Shown: in pieces, positions 1 through 13,240 of the stretch
Layout of the letters: every line of letters starts with the position of its first letter
How positions within the stretch are numbered: the first letter of the stretch is position 1
Made by a program: the position numbers and the translations under genes
Notes under the pieces: model-generated
What the model was told of the DNA's origin: nothing
Databases searched by the model: none
Seen by the model: the letters and a program-made list of their open reading frames with translations, nothing else
Assembly: GCA_001949185.1 (NCBI GenBank)
Contig: BDGG01000001.1
Location: 8,812,721-8,876,720 of the forward strand
Direction: 5' to 3'
Source: Ramazzottius varieornatus
Lineage: Eukaryota > Animalia > Tardigrada
DNA: 64,000 nt

Positions 1-1178
1 GTCCGTGATGAAGACTGAAAGCGTGCGTCACTTGGGAGAGCGATCTTGCCGACCTAGCTTCCCTACGTTCTAAACGTTAGAATATTCCAACATTAGGGGA
101 TTAAAAGATTCCCGTCGACAATCAGCGCAGAAATATTAGGAAGATAAGGGGACCGAAATTGGATATTGTTGGTTGATCGAAAGATGTGGCGAACTCGAAG
201 GAAGTGAATGAGAAAGAGTGGCTCGTAGGCGTGAATGTAAAATGGCTGTTTGTGAGTTGGCCGTTGGACAGCAGAAGAGTGATTGGAAAATAAACAACGG
301 TGTCATCTTCTTCGATTCGCTCAAAGTTGGGCAGCACAAACAGCGGAGATTTGAAGATGCGGCGCGGCCATGATAGGTATGACCGGGTTTCGTGCTTGAT
401 AAAAAATGTACGGATGCGCTTACTTTTGATTAAGCACCGGCATATCTTCAACTATATACGGAAGACGATGATGTCTAACCTACATAAGGCCAATCAACAG
501 CGACATCCTTTCTCGACAAAAGCGCCATTTAAAGTAAGTCAGCAAAAATCACCACTGACATAGAAAACATCACACTCGAAACGAAGCGAGAGTCAAGTTT
601 TGTAGGCCGACAAAAACTGGGCGAAGTGCGGAAAAGACCGTCATGACAATTTAAAAACAAAAGCCAGTCATACTTCTGATGCCATCTTCGCGCTAAGAAA
701 TCAATATGTCTCGCCGCCAGCCACAAAACTGAAAGTTTATACTAACTTAGTACTGAGTCGCTCTTGAAGTTAACACTTGGCCAAGTTACTGTTTTACGGC
801 CTTCGGAAGTTTTGCGCGTTTTTTGTTACAGGTGATCTACCTTGTTCCGCTTCTTGCGAAGACCTGCCCTGCTTACCATCGGTCTCCGCAGTGATTTTCA
901 TATCTGTTTATCACCGTCACTTTTGTGTACGAGAACCGCAAAGAACCGACAGCGTGACAACTCAAGTTCACAATCATCGAAGATGCAGTTCTTCAAGCGA
1001 CAATAAACCGGGTTCTACAGTATTCGGTGCATCTCATACCATATGAAATTGGTTGCCGTGTTCAGACTGTGCGATTTTTACTAACCCACAGTAGTATCTC
1101 ATAGTGAAGAAATATGGTATTTTACTGTCAAAGAACCCGGCAGTTCCTCGCAATACAGACTCAACCTGATTGTTTTCC

Positions 1179-1303
1179 CAAGTGACGCACTTTATCGGTA
1201 TTGTTAACTGGAAGCGTGCGCTACCTGGAAAACGGTCTTGACGAGTTTTCTGCCCAGGTGACGCACATTTTGCGCGCTATCGACAGGAAGCGTGCGCCAC
1301 TTG
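1179..1303. repeat. Palindromic N25 element, 2 units
   Basis: CAAGTGACGCAC-N25-GTGCGCTACCTG; CAGGTGACGCAC-N25-GTGCGCCACTTG. Confidence 0.9.
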
Positions 1304-1748
1304 GTAAAGCGACTGTATTCAGCTTGTTTGCCGAGGCCAGTTCACAGTTTTGAAAACAGAGTGGGACGGAAACCATCTGGAACTGTTGAAATGGCGAACC
1401 TTCACCATCGAAACCGAAAAAGCCTGCTCGTTTAAGCCTCGTTAAACTTGAACATTAAAAACTGGTTCACATCATCCGCACAGTCTGACGACGGAAAAGT
1501 GATTACATAACATGACTTTACAACTCGCCTTCACTTAAAAAAACCCAATGGAAGTCATTTTTCAATGGATCTTGCTTGGCCAGTTTTTGAAGATGCTGCT
1601 TCACCTCGATCGCTATGCATTCAAGTTCTGTTTATTGTTTTGAAACTTACGCTGCAAGATTGATATCTACCTAGCAGTTCGTCTCGCTTCAGTAGAAACA
1701 GGAAGTTCTTCGCGAAGAACCAAGTCTGCTACTGTACGCAATATATAA

Positions 1749-2118
1749 GAGCTCGGCAAACAAACTCCAAAAAAAAGAATGTTTTTCCAAGTGGCGCACC
1801 TTGTCGGTGTGATTGGCTGGAAAGGTGCGCCATTTGGATAAACGATGTAGTCCGTTTTAATCGTTTCCTCCAGGTGGCGCACACCAGGCAGCGCTGTTGG
1901 CTGGAACGTGCGCCACTTGAAAATTAATCATGTCGTTTTTGTTTTTGCCCAAGTGACACACGTTTTCGGTGTTACTCGTTGGAAGCGTGCGCCACTTGGA
2001 AAGAACGGCCTTATCGAGCTTGATCGCTTTTCTCAAGTGGCGCATATCCCAGTGTTTTTTGACTGAAGACGTGCGCCATCTGGAAAAAACGATCTGGCTG
2101 AGTTCGCTTGGCGAGCTC
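1749..2118. repeat. Palindromic N25 element, 4-unit array with outer GAGCTCG(G)CAA inverted termini
   Basis: Units at 1788, 1871, 1950 and 2034, each with a 25-nt spacer. Confidence 0.95.
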
Positions 2119-2779
2119 TCATAATGTACTGTGGTGCGTTTATTGAAATTCGTCAAGTCAGTGCGAAATCAAGAACATGGCTGGTAGTGTGTTTACATAG
2201 CGGCCTTCGAGACTTGCACTTGTCTGTGAGGGAAGTGGAGAGGTCACTTGCAAAGATATATCGATTGGTCATTATAAGGCCTTCCATGAATCCATAGATC
2301 TGTAAATTCGAGCCGAGAGGAAGCTGGACGCTGGTCATCTTCCCTTTTGCGCCGCCATCCCGCTTTCCGGGTTGAGTGATTGACTAAACTGGACACTGGC
2401 GAGTTATTCAGTCAAGCCTCATCTGCAGGGACGCGTGCCTCTCATAATCGCCGCAGCTTGCCCCGATTTTAATTCATGATTTCTCCGCTGAACCAGAAAA
2501 AGTTAAAGTACAAAATCGATGACCCAACTCTGCCCCAAGCTGTAAAAGCCCAGAGCAAATTACACAGCTCAAGGCCAACAAGTCTGACCCACGGTCAGAA
2601 CAAGGTCAACTATATTACATCCTTCAAACACTCCAGCTTTTCTCTACGTCATAAAAGCAAACGCTTTTTCCCACCACGCCCACCCCCGTTTTCTTTCCTT
2701 GCATAGCAGAAAAAATTCAGGAAATACGTCTTTGGTGATTAGAGTTTTTGTTTGAATTTTATAAATAAAAAGATCAAGG

Positions 2780-3600
2780 CGGCAGTTGTCGAATAAGCGG
2801 AGACAACACATACATACTCGAACTTCTTACAGTACATATATAGCGGATATTTACTCGAAGACCTTTGAGGTCCCTTTTCTGTCTCAAGAGGGCGCTCAGG
2901 TGCACCAAGACGGCACGAAAGAAAAAGGGCGTGTCTTTAAGCTGAATAACTCGTATCAGTCTCACAAAAATATTTAGTGGGTTGTCTGGAACTATAGCGT
3001 TTTCTTGTCCTCCGTCTTGCATATCTATTTCCACTGTTATTTCCGTAATGTACTCTTATTTTGTGCAGAGTTAACTCTGCAGTGAACAATTGTCCATTTA
3101 GAAGCATTTCGGAATTTTGATATATTAATGAAATTGTACAATTTGTACCAGAACATACCTTTACTGTTTGATGACGACCCAATGCTGTCCTTCCAGTGGA
3201 TTCGTTGGGGAATGAGTCAAGTATCGTTGAGCCGGTCGGGATATGACCCGTTCCTTCAGTACGAGGAACCTGCTATGCCAAAGGAGAAGACCCTTCTCAA
3301 TCCAGACAGATTCTCAATTCCACAGATAACTTGAAATAAGACAAAAGTTCAACCAGGCTGACACTTACGAACTATCCAGTGGTCAAACCTTATCGACATG
3401 TAGCAGGCGATGCAGCAGGAGAGGAGTCGGCAAGATGAGGGATCCCGACCAAATGGTAGAGATGAGTTTGGACAGGCTTTTCCTTTTCCGTTGCTACAGT
3501 GTATAGATGGATGGGGCGCTTATAAAATCAAATTTGACCCTTGTCCATCCAACAGATCCATTAATGCATATGCACACATCGGCCAAGGCAATTACCGCGC
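2780..3600 (-). pseudogene. Possible decayed rhodopsin-family GPCR
   Basis: Minus-strand fragments in TM order (LADVCIC, SAPSIYTL*, IWSGSLILPTPLLL, PLNIFV, LVHLSAL) broken by stops and frameshifts; motif resemblance only. Confidence 0.3.
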
Positions 3601-5430
3601 TGAAGTGGGATAAAGTCCCGACCCGATCGACCACCATCGATTTTCCCCCAAAATTGCGTCACTTGCTCCAAATGCAAAATTCCCTCTTCCAGCTATTGAC
3701 TCATCGAAACTGGACACTGGTCAGTCTTTCTCAATCACCCTTTCCCAGTACACGAGCTACGAATATCTGCTACGGATCAGATCTTTGAATTCGCAAAGCC
3801 AAATTCGAATTCAAAATAAAAAACCAATCTATTCGATTTTAAATATTGATGAAACTGAATGAAAGTGGAAACGTGTGAATCGAAGAAGCTGACAAAGGAC
3901 GGTCACACGGTTACAGCCTAGTAAAAAGCGCGACAAAAGATGGCCGAACAGGAGTGTTTCGTTGAATGCAGCGACTGACTTTCCACGAAACTCGTAACAG
4001 CAGCGCAGAATTTTTGAGACAAGGGAGGAACGGTGGGGAAAGAACAGTAAAGCAAAGAAAGGAAAGAAATCGGCGTGGGATTGAGTATTATGGTCTTGGC
4101 GAGGGAAAGAGAGAGGATTTGGGTCAGTACGTTAATTAGAAAGATGGAAGGACAAGGGGCAGAAAAAGAAGCATGTGGTCACTTTTGGACATTTGCTTTT
4201 GCTCATTAACAAATGCAATCTTGGCTGTGGAGCAGTTGAGGAATTGAGAAGGAAGCTATAAAGAAACCAAGAGGCGAAGGGAAGGCTGTAAGCCCAAACG
4301 ACCTTGAAAGTCTTATCATTGTTTCATCTGCTTCCCTTCTCCTGCCTCCATTCCTTCCCTTCCTTTCTTCTCAACTTTTTTTCCGTCCGCCCTCGGTGCA
4401 AAAATCGAAAGCATACATCCACTCGTAATTTATACACTTTTGGTTCTCAGAAGAACGCGACGGCATTTTTATGGCTGCCCAAATGACTCACTGCCTTCAT
4501 TTCCGCCTTTCTCTTCATCCCTTCTTCTTCCTTGTCGCCTTCTTTCTACTTTCGCAGTATGCAAATGAGAATGACCAGTGGACAGCCATCTTGTCACTTC
4601 TGCAATCGCCCAACCATTGTCTCGGTTTCCTCTCCTTTTCCCTTCACTCCCTCTTGGCACTTGTCAAAAATTCATTCCATGGCGGATTTCGCGAATCTCA
4701 ATAACCCGAAACAAAGGCCAGTTAGAGGAAAGGCAGACTGGAAGATAATTTAGTTTTTTCGACGAAAGGAAAGCAACCGCCAGCTGTCCACTCAAGTCTG
4801 TCCTGCGACCTTGAAAACAAGGCTCAGCCATCAAAATTTCCCTGCTCTTTCGACTGACAACTGATGAACGCGACCCTGCTGAAATTTCTTCGAAAAGTCC
4901 TTCTTCATAGTCGTGCAGAACAAACCGACAAAAATGCGCAAGCTGGCCTCCTCCCGAGCCCGTGCAGCTCTGCCCGCTTCACACCACGGCCGCCATCTGC
5001 ACTTGTTCCTCATCCAGCAACGTCGCCTCTGGAAGATTCGAAGCATTCAAGGATAGCCACACGAAGGAATGCGCCGAGAAACTCGCGAGGCCGTCGCTGG
5101 AGCCAGAAACATATGAAAACATTTATCAACCTGATTGACTGCAGTTGTACACTGGAGCTTCCATTCATACATTTTCACAATTTTCTTGCATTAGTAAGCA
5201 GAATATTCCTTGATTATTTCCTTTTCTACCCGGGAGCCTACTTTGCTGGGGTTCTTTTCTAGCAATAATGTGAGACAGTAAAGTTTCCTGCAATCTTTAA
5301 ACTCGAATTGTCTTTTCGACAAATGAAACTCGAGAGACAGTACAAATTTTCAACCGTACAAATGTGAAAGACGAAGACATTTAGGAGAAGCTGCTCACGT
5401 AATCAGCTGACGAACAAGTCGTTCAACCAA

Positions 5431-8133
5431 TCATAAAGTTGCAGTAGACAACAATAAAGCCTGCCTGTCAAAACTAATTCTAATTTCGCTAGGTCCTTGC
5501 TGGACAAAGGGTTCACCGTCGACCTGCATCGGCACCGACGTCTTGTGCAGTGTCAGCTTGGCTGCCTTGGCGCGACAGAGTCGATGAGGACTGGACAGTC
5601 CCACCTGCATCTGTGCTATGTGGAAAGAGGAGTATAACGCGAAGACCTCGAAGTACCCATCATTGATCAACTGTTCCTCATCCTCTAACCCTCTGTCAAA
5701 AATCAAGTCAAGTCAAGCGAATCCTTTTTGAAAACTATTTGTAAAGATAGATTTTTTGATGCTTTTGATACTGTAGTTTAATTTTCCAAAAGCGTATGAA
5801 TTTTAGGAGCTCAGCAAACCATAGGCAAACCTCGAGCAAACTCAACAAGACAGTATAGCCAAGTGGCGCACGTCTTCATTGTGGATAGCTAAAAGCGTGC
5901 GTCACTTGGAAAAAATAAATTGCACCAGATCATGTTCCCAAGTGGCGCATGCTTCTACACATTAACACTGTAACCATGCGCCAGCTGGGAACTCGATCTT
6001 GCAGGCATTGTTTAGCTAGGCCAGAGAGGAAAACTTACCTGTTTAAATTCCATACGTTGACTCCAGCGCCCCAGCTGGGAATGTTCAGAAAGACGATGCC
6101 TTCCATGGTTGGAAGGTTTATGAATTTACCATCACATTCCAGCGTCAGTTTGGAGTTGAGGTTGAAGCAGGCGCGTTCGAGGACGTCCATGGTGCCGTAG
6201 GTGAAGTAGAGGAACTTGTTCATGTAGCGACTGGCGAAGAAGCGCGGAATCTGCTCACGTTTGCGATGAAAATTCAGCGTGACTAATGCATCGACTCCAA
6301 GACTGACGTAGTTGTTAAAGATGAGCGTCCTGGCGGGGACCAGCGGAAGGCCGATGCGACTGGAGGATCGAATGTCCACCTTCCATCGGTCAACCTTGCA
6401 GAAGTCTGCGTGAGCGATCTTGGTTAGAAGGGCGTCCATGTCCAGCGGGAGAGTGACGGCGGCGCCCCATCCCAGCACGTTACTTAAATCGTTGCCTGCA
6501 ACAGAAAAACACTCAGTCAAGCAGCAACCGCAAAAGCTGGTAACTCCCGCTGAACCGCCGCATCACCCCAAACCAGCATACACCACATTATTTGCAATTC
6601 CGGGTTTTGGAATTTTAGATTTCGTCGTACTGGATTGCACTGCATTGCATTGCATTGCGTTGTAGAAGGTTCCTATATTCGGTTTTCGTCGACGAAGAAA
6701 GGCAAGCTCTTCAACCGAACTCGACATGATTCAGTTTTCCAAGTGGCGCACATACCCAGTGTAGCTGGATAGAAGCGTGCGCCACTTGGGACAACCAATC
6801 TCGTCAAATCCGTTTGCCTACTTCCCAACTATCAAAAAAAGACCAGGACAAATGCGAAAAAGGAGATTTGACGTGATGCGAGGTACCTGTGCCAATGGGA
6901 AGGATGGCGACAGCAGGGACAGGTTTCAAATCCAGCTTCTCGATGACGTTGAGAATCCAGCCGACGGTGCCATCACCACCGATGACCAATATTCTGCAAG
7001 TGTGATGAGGTAAGAGCGCCACCCAATCCAGCACTTCTTCCGGCTTGACCACGTTGACATCGATGACTTGTCCGGGGTTGAGGATGGCTCGGAAGGCGCT
7101 CTGAACCAGCGCGCTATCACCCGCGCCACTCTTCCGGTTACCGATGACGATCAGCGGCATCCAGTCCACATTCTCCGGGGGACGAACGTGACTGACCACC
7201 GGCTGCCTCCTCGGTCTCATACCCAGCATCTTGATCTTTACACAATCTACAACACACCAAGTACGGTCACTTTTCTTTACGGGCAACAGACAAGACAATC
7301 TTACTGGGAGGAATGATGAAGTTTTTATGTTTGCCCAGATCGCACACATCGGGCAATTCTGGCAAGCATCTTTCGTGAACCGTGGCTTTACACCATAAGC
7401 AACGAAAGTCGCACAACCAAGCTTCCGCTCCGCACTCCCGAAAGCAGACATTGCATATCGACGGTAGAGGGAGATTGCCTGCAAAAAATGGGACGCCGAT
7501 GTTGAGTTTTGAGGCAACACTTGTTAAAATGAAATAAAATGTAGTCTCGCAGTGACGTCAGAATATTACTAGTGACACATGACGTCACATAGGTTACGCA
7601 CGGTAAGAATAAACAGTTTAGACGGCGTACTGGCAACGCGCCGCACGACCAACTGAAAGCTACGGGGTTCGACACCCGGTCCGGATCAACTTTTTAGCCT
7701 GTGGAAATTTGAATTTACCTTTGGCCATATGGTGCTCCATGACAGGACCAAAACTTGCAATGGCTTTGCACCGTAGCCTCCTGTGAGCGTATTTGGAGCA
7801 GTATGCATGCACAACAATGGAACAGGCATCACAGCAAAAGCCTTCGATGACGTTCCGTTCGCAAATGCTGCAGAAGGAGGAGGTGGGAAAGAGATTTCGT
7901 GGAATGAAATTGTGCCCCTTTATGAACTCGTCCACCGGAAGGGGAACGTGCTTCGGACCTCCAAGGTTACGTGATCGAAAAAAAAGGACAACTCCAGTCA
8001 CTAGCAGCGCACAAATGCCCACTTGGATGGGATCCAGGTGGACAGACCAGAGGTTCCAGGCGTTTCTGAAGGAGGGATGGACTGGCGTAGCTGGCACCAA
8101 GATGGAAATGTTCCCCTCCAAGACGTCCGACAT
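5431..8133 (-). CDS. DGKE: Diacylglycerol kinase epsilon (5 exons: 8133-7719, 7478-7305, 7246-6887, 6495-6039, 5692-5431)
   Basis: N-terminal TM, two C1 domains (HNF..CSIC..CDAC..VHAYC; GNLPLPSICNVC..CLWC..VHERC), GNRKSG, GGDGTVGW, LPIGTGNDL, NNYVSLGVDA, PMQVDGEP; GT-AG introns in consistent phase. Confidence 0.93.
5860..5987. repeat. N25 element, 2 units (DGKE intron 4)
   Basis: Left arms at 5860 and 5939; 25-nt spacers. Confidence 0.9.
6740..6788. repeat. N25 element, 1 unit (DGKE intron 3)
   Basis: Perfect CAAGTGGCGCAC-N25-GTGCGCCACTTG. Confidence 0.92.
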
Positions 8134-8669
8134 TCTCGGCACTTCTCGACTGTACTCTGTGTCCTTTACCCACGATCCATCACCTGTCAAAGATCAGCCT
8201 ACCAGTGCCCCCTCATCGAGACTCAATACAACAACTGGCTTACTGAGCTGCTGGAGTTCAGCTTCCAGAAGTAAAACCCGAAGTAAAACTGCAGGAGCGA
8301 GAAATTCAGATGCCCAAGGGAACTCTGAATCGCAAACTCATCAGAGGAAGCTCGAGCTCCAGACTGCACGATCCTTTTTTCAGGATGATTCCCCGAGTTT
8401 TTTCTGGTTTTTCCAATTTTTTTAGTTTTTGCTGAATCATGACTTTGTGTCTGATCAATCAAATTCGTACGAATCAACTAGCAAAGCAACCAGTTGATTA
8501 ACAAAGAATTGATTACTTTCAGGACCCTGCCGGTCGGAAAATGGTACGACTGACGGGGTATGACGTAACTCGTGCTGCCTACTGTACGATCGGCAGCCAC
8601 GCGGCTGGGTAACTAGGTGGGAAGGTAGAGGATCGTACAATGGTACAATCGCCAGGGTGGGAGGGTAGG

Positions 8670-8830
8670 TTGGTTGACCACTAGTGGCTAGCCGTCGTTC
8701 TTGCTGTCTTGACCACTAGTGATTGACCATTGGTCTTTCTAGGTTGAGCACTAGTGGTCAGCTATTGGTTTTGCTATGTTTGACCATCGATACTAGCCAT
8801 CGGCATTGATAGGTTGACCGCCCAATCGCA
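8670..8830. repeat. Degenerate short repeats around a TTGACCACTAGTG core
   Basis: gttgaccactagtgg, cttgaccactagtga, gttgagcactagtggtca, tttgaccatc and gttgaccgcc recur over about 160 bp. Confidence 0.5.
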
Positions 8831-8949
8831 GCTGGTTTATTGGCCCGTCTTTTCTGTTTATTGGTCAATGGGCGTGGTAACCGGTCTGGGCTTTTTATTA
8901 CGTCCGATGTGAATGAACCTTGGTTCCCATCCTTTGATCTTTTCGCCAT

Positions 8950-10150
8950 AGGCTCAGGCTTGCCATAGTTTCCCCAATTTATGGGCTTTAGAATGCCTGA
9001 ACAGCTTTCTACGATGACTCAAGCGGTCTATGATTCATTCTAAAGCTCCGCTGGAAGGCCAGCCTTTGGGGCGGAGCTCTCGCACAGGAAGCGCGCTCGT
9101 CGTTTAAGTTGTGCGGGGCGACCTCACGCACCAGTAACCCTAATCGAGAATCGCGAGCTGGGTGTCTGTACGCATGTGGAAGTCGTACGGCCACGTGCAC
9201 CAGCACACATTCTTGGCATAAGGGGCTGGGGCTCCGAAAGTCTGTAGAACGGTCCATTGATTGAGTGAGATCAGACAAGGCTGATTGATTGGTCAGTTTG
9301 GAGCATCCGTGTTTAGGTAATTAGGTTTGTCGAATTTCCGTTTCCGTCTAAATGAAACGTTCTAGGGATCTTCTCCATACTTGTGCGAGGATGAAAGCGC
9401 GCCGGATGAAAAATGGATCGGGAATGGGGATCACCTGTCTGCAAGCAAACCATGATGCCGGGACGGCGGAAGCTGTGAACAGTGTATTGCAGTACAGGCC
9501 GAGCTTCGTACTGGCGTACTCTGGCGTACTCTGGCGGCGAAGTCGTGAAGTTGATGCCTTTGTACTCCGTAGGTTGGATGGCCACTGGACCAACAACAGT
9601 TTGGCGGATCGAGTTACGGATTGGTACAGAGCACGGTTGGAGCAAATGTCATGGTCTTATTGGTCGACGGTCTACCTGTCTCCTGTGAAGTTTCACCTGT
9701 TGCGGCGCACTGCAGGTACGCGTATGGCGTCCCTCCTCTACAAGCCTGTAACTTCTCTTTGGTGGTTTACAGGCTTAGGTGGAGCCACGTGGATACTTGC
9801 TGGTGGTTGAAGAGCTCCTTTGTCATCGGATGGACTTGTTGAAAGACCGTCGAGAAACCACCAGTCTACTCGTTGGAGAGCCGTCTCACTGAAGTCTCAT
9901 TCCTCCTCTCCGCAATCCTTGTATTCGACGGAAAACCTAAGCCGTTTATCGGCGTTTTCCAGCTTCTGTTCGCTACACAGTGATGGCATAATTTGGACAG
10001 CTAGTAATGTTGTTGCAGGTCGATTGGCTGGGAAGAAATCGGAGCTGTCCAATAAACCGGCTGGACGCCGTGTCGCGCTACGAGTGTTGGACATTGAACT
10101 ACGCCATCGACGCGGACTGGATTACCAACCTTATAAAGTTTATCCTGGCT
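8950..10150 (-). mobile_element. Possible decayed DNA-transposase remnant (CACTA/EnSpm-like)
   Basis: Broken frames with weak resemblance to CACTA transposase motifs (..FILAQVW; FQRSFR..HSKAHKL). No splice structure, and the palindromic element is absent. Confidence 0.25.
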
Positions 10151-11411
10151 ACAACAAGTAGGTGCATCCATTGTATAGCAGGTGCATGACTTTCTCCGAA
10201 CAATTTCTAGCCGGTGTACGGTAGAGACTGATTAATTTTATGGGCGTGGAACCTTTTCGGTGATTATTGGCAAGTCATGCTTGCTAAAAACCCAGGCAAT
10301 TTCAGGCGCCCGTAATTGGACAAAACATGCAGTAGATGTGCCACGAATCCCTATTTCACTCCCAACCGTACCAGTTTCCCTTCGAAGTATCTGCGTACAA
10401 AGCTAGAGGTGAAAAAGAGTTGCGGTGACTTGGGTTTCCCACTGACAGCCGCTGTTAAGTTGTTAACACTTTTGACTCGACGGACCGGCTCCGGCAGAAA
10501 TTTGATACGCACCGGCCTTTTTGTTTCTTTATGTAGGAAATCGGGGCCAGTGTATTATCCGTTGGTCGAATTCCCCTGGTCGAACCTGTCCCGTCTGAAT
10601 AAAAGACGTCTGATTGTTTGATTGACATTGGCCTACTTTTAGCCACAGTCCGCAGATTGTAACTGATGAGAGAACGATGGAAGGGTCTTGAGGTTTGGCG
10701 GAGTGTAGCCCCGAGTGGGGTGAGAGCTGTGAAGATGGTGCTCCTTCCGGCAAGGCTGGACTGTCGATGGCCATCGTTGGGTTGCCCAAGTGCCATGTTT
10801 GTTTTGGTGCAACGCTTGAGGTTGACTGAAGGCCAAGACAATGTGCAGAAGATTACTTCATGTTTGTCTTGGTCTTTGGCAGTACAGGCCGATTGGTGAT
10901 CATGACTGATTCTCACCTTGAAGACGCATCTCACCCTTACATAAGTACATTGCAAACCCTGTAAAGTCCTCACAAATCTATGCAACATTACCTCGGCTCG
11001 CTCGCATGTTAAAGACGGCAATTCACAACGCAGCCAATAACCCTCTTTAAGTCGCATTACTTTCACTAGGCAAATTGTTTTTCCAGCGGCAGCATTGTCG
11101 ACCGATATCTCGCAATATAATTGGAAGCTGGGCGAATGAAGTGAGCCAGATTGATGTTCACAGGGGCGCACGATATCGTTCTTAGTGGGTGGAAGAGTGC
11201 GTCGCTAGGGAAAACATTGTGGATGTGTTCATTTGCCCAGCTCCCAATTAGTGCGCAATTGCGATAAATTCCCATGAAACAACTATCACCAGTGAACCGT
11301 ACTAACTTTGAGGACCCAGATACGGTCACCCTTTGCACGGCTCTCCCAAAGGCCTGGCCGAATGGTAGCTTGACGGCAGCTCGGCAGGCAGATTCGATAA
11401 GATCGTTTACC

Positions 11412-11542
11412 CAAGTGACGCACACACCCACTGTTGTTGGTCGAGACCGTGCGCCGCTTGGGCAGACGACCTTCTCCATTTTGGTTGTTTCACCAACTCG
11501 CGCACTTTCTCGGTATTATTGGCCGAGAGCGTGCGCCATATC
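11412..11542. repeat. N25 element, 2 units (intergenic)
   Basis: Left arms at 11412 and 11494. Confidence 0.85.
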
Positions 11543-11559
11543 TGAGTGGGAGAAATGCA

Positions 11560-11575
11560 CCGCCAGGTGGCGCTA
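11560..11575 (+). promoter_or_regulatory. Candidate CTCF site CCGCCAGGTGGCGCTA
   Basis: Close match to the bilaterian CTCF core CCASYAGRKGGCRS. Confidence 0.45.
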
Positions 11576-13240
11576 GCCAATTCGTACTTTGGGAATGTAG
11601 AGCGAGATAGGAAGCGGCAGGAATGTTGTAATTGTTTTACTGGTGATAGGTTCCGTGTTTGACTTCGGTGGGAAACTTCTGCGGGATAAGGCAGTGAAAC
11701 AGTTATGAGTTTTAGGTGCTGAACGAAGGTGAGAGAGCGGGCAGTGAGGATGATGCACGGGATGGGTGTAATTAAAGCCGAGTTCTGTGTGGCAAGTTTA
11801 CAGCCAAAAGGTGTTTGATTCAACGACGGCTTTGACTACAATAAAGCCATCGATTCGCTCTGTAAACTCTATCGAAGGGCATCCTGCGGGACTATAGTTG
11901 ACTTTTATTACGACAGATGCCTGTATATGTCCATCTATTGTACATTGATTGGGCGGCTGTGTCAATAAAATAGCCGCGCGCTCTCCGTCGATCGGATGTG
12001 CCATACTTCACCGGTGAAGTGCAACCGGGAAATGGCGCTGTGATCGGAGCTAGGTTAGGCTTGGTTTAGTCTGGCTGGCCGCCGCTTCGAGGTGAAGCTC
12101 GATCGTCGATGGCACAGCAGAACTGTTTAATTCAACCGACTGAGATTGGTTCGGCTTCTTTCCGTTGTGCTATGGAGAGTGGGATTAATGTGGATTTGCT
12201 TGGTTAATCGATGTTGTTTCATCCTTGTTGAACGTTTAAACTGATGATTCGATTAAGCCACTTGTTGGGCTGGTAAAGCCCTAAAAGCTTGATGCAATAA
12301 GATCGGTGGCTGGCGCGTGGACCTCACTTGTACTGGCTGGGGATTAGACTCTATTGTTGATGGAATAACTCAGTCGGTAATCGGCCAACTGGCCTACCAT
12401 GCCACCTTAATGCTCAAGCCGCTTATTTTTGATGTAAGATAATCTGGGAAATGATCAAACTTGATTGTCGGCATGCAGAGTTTAGAGACCGTTGTCTCGA
12501 AAACTGGAAGCGTGACATGCGAGCACCTTTGCGTAATCGTTAAAGAACAATAAAGGATTTAAAAAACCCTGATGGATATTCGGGGAAAGACCATTGTTTC
12601 AAAGCCCTTGTAACCGTCCAGGATTCTGTCGATGCCGGCAGAACCTCTGCCGCGCCGCTAGTCAACTGACCTCTGGCTTTCCGGTTGCAATTTGCAAGAT
12701 GTTGATCGCGATGACAATCGATATTAACATTCGAATATCGGAAGCCGGAGATGTTGACCAGGAAGCGGAAACCGTTATGACACTGACACAGCTATCGACC
12801 CGACTGTCTGAGTAAAAGTTTTTGTTTTCGCGCGAACTCTCGAAGAGTATCCGTCTCCTCAATACTGATCATGTATATTTTTGACGGAAATCAAGCAGCC
12901 GGAAGGCATTGAATTTTACCTTCATTTACGTTCCGACGAGTTTCAAACAACAAAGTATCTGGCCCGATTTTGAGCTTAGTGGTTGTGGGTAATTATAGCC
13001 AGGTTAAACACAGAAGGAAACAGTGGCGAACAAAGCGAACGCACGTTGGGTCTTGACCAGAAGCGCTTTGTGTTTAGTCGTTCGCTCGCCGTCGGTCCTA
13101 AACAAACTACCCAAACTGTTTTTAGAACATCCATACGATCGGCAGGCATTTCCGCAGTAGCTGTCAAGTCATAATTAGCTTTTCTCTTCCGTACAATGCA
13201 TTTGTTCTTCTCCGTAGGTCATGACGAGGTTGCATGATGA

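Noticed and set aside
122-451. 109-aa minus-strand ORF at the window start
   Set aside because: It could be an exon of a gene outside the window, but I found no motif or clear boundaries.
1788-2082. CRISPR array interpretation of the repeat-spacer-repeat tract
   Set aside because: The arms are inverted rather than direct repeats, spacers derive from one consensus, the context is eukaryotic and there are no cas genes.
1667-2156. Short ORFs sharing WRTL/MRHL/CATW/VAH peptides here and throughout the ORF track
   Set aside because: These are translations of the palindromic repeat, not a protein family.
10455-11171. 238-aa minus-strand ORF
   Set aside because: No recognisable motif, non-ATG start and no splice support; it lies in a TE-like tract.
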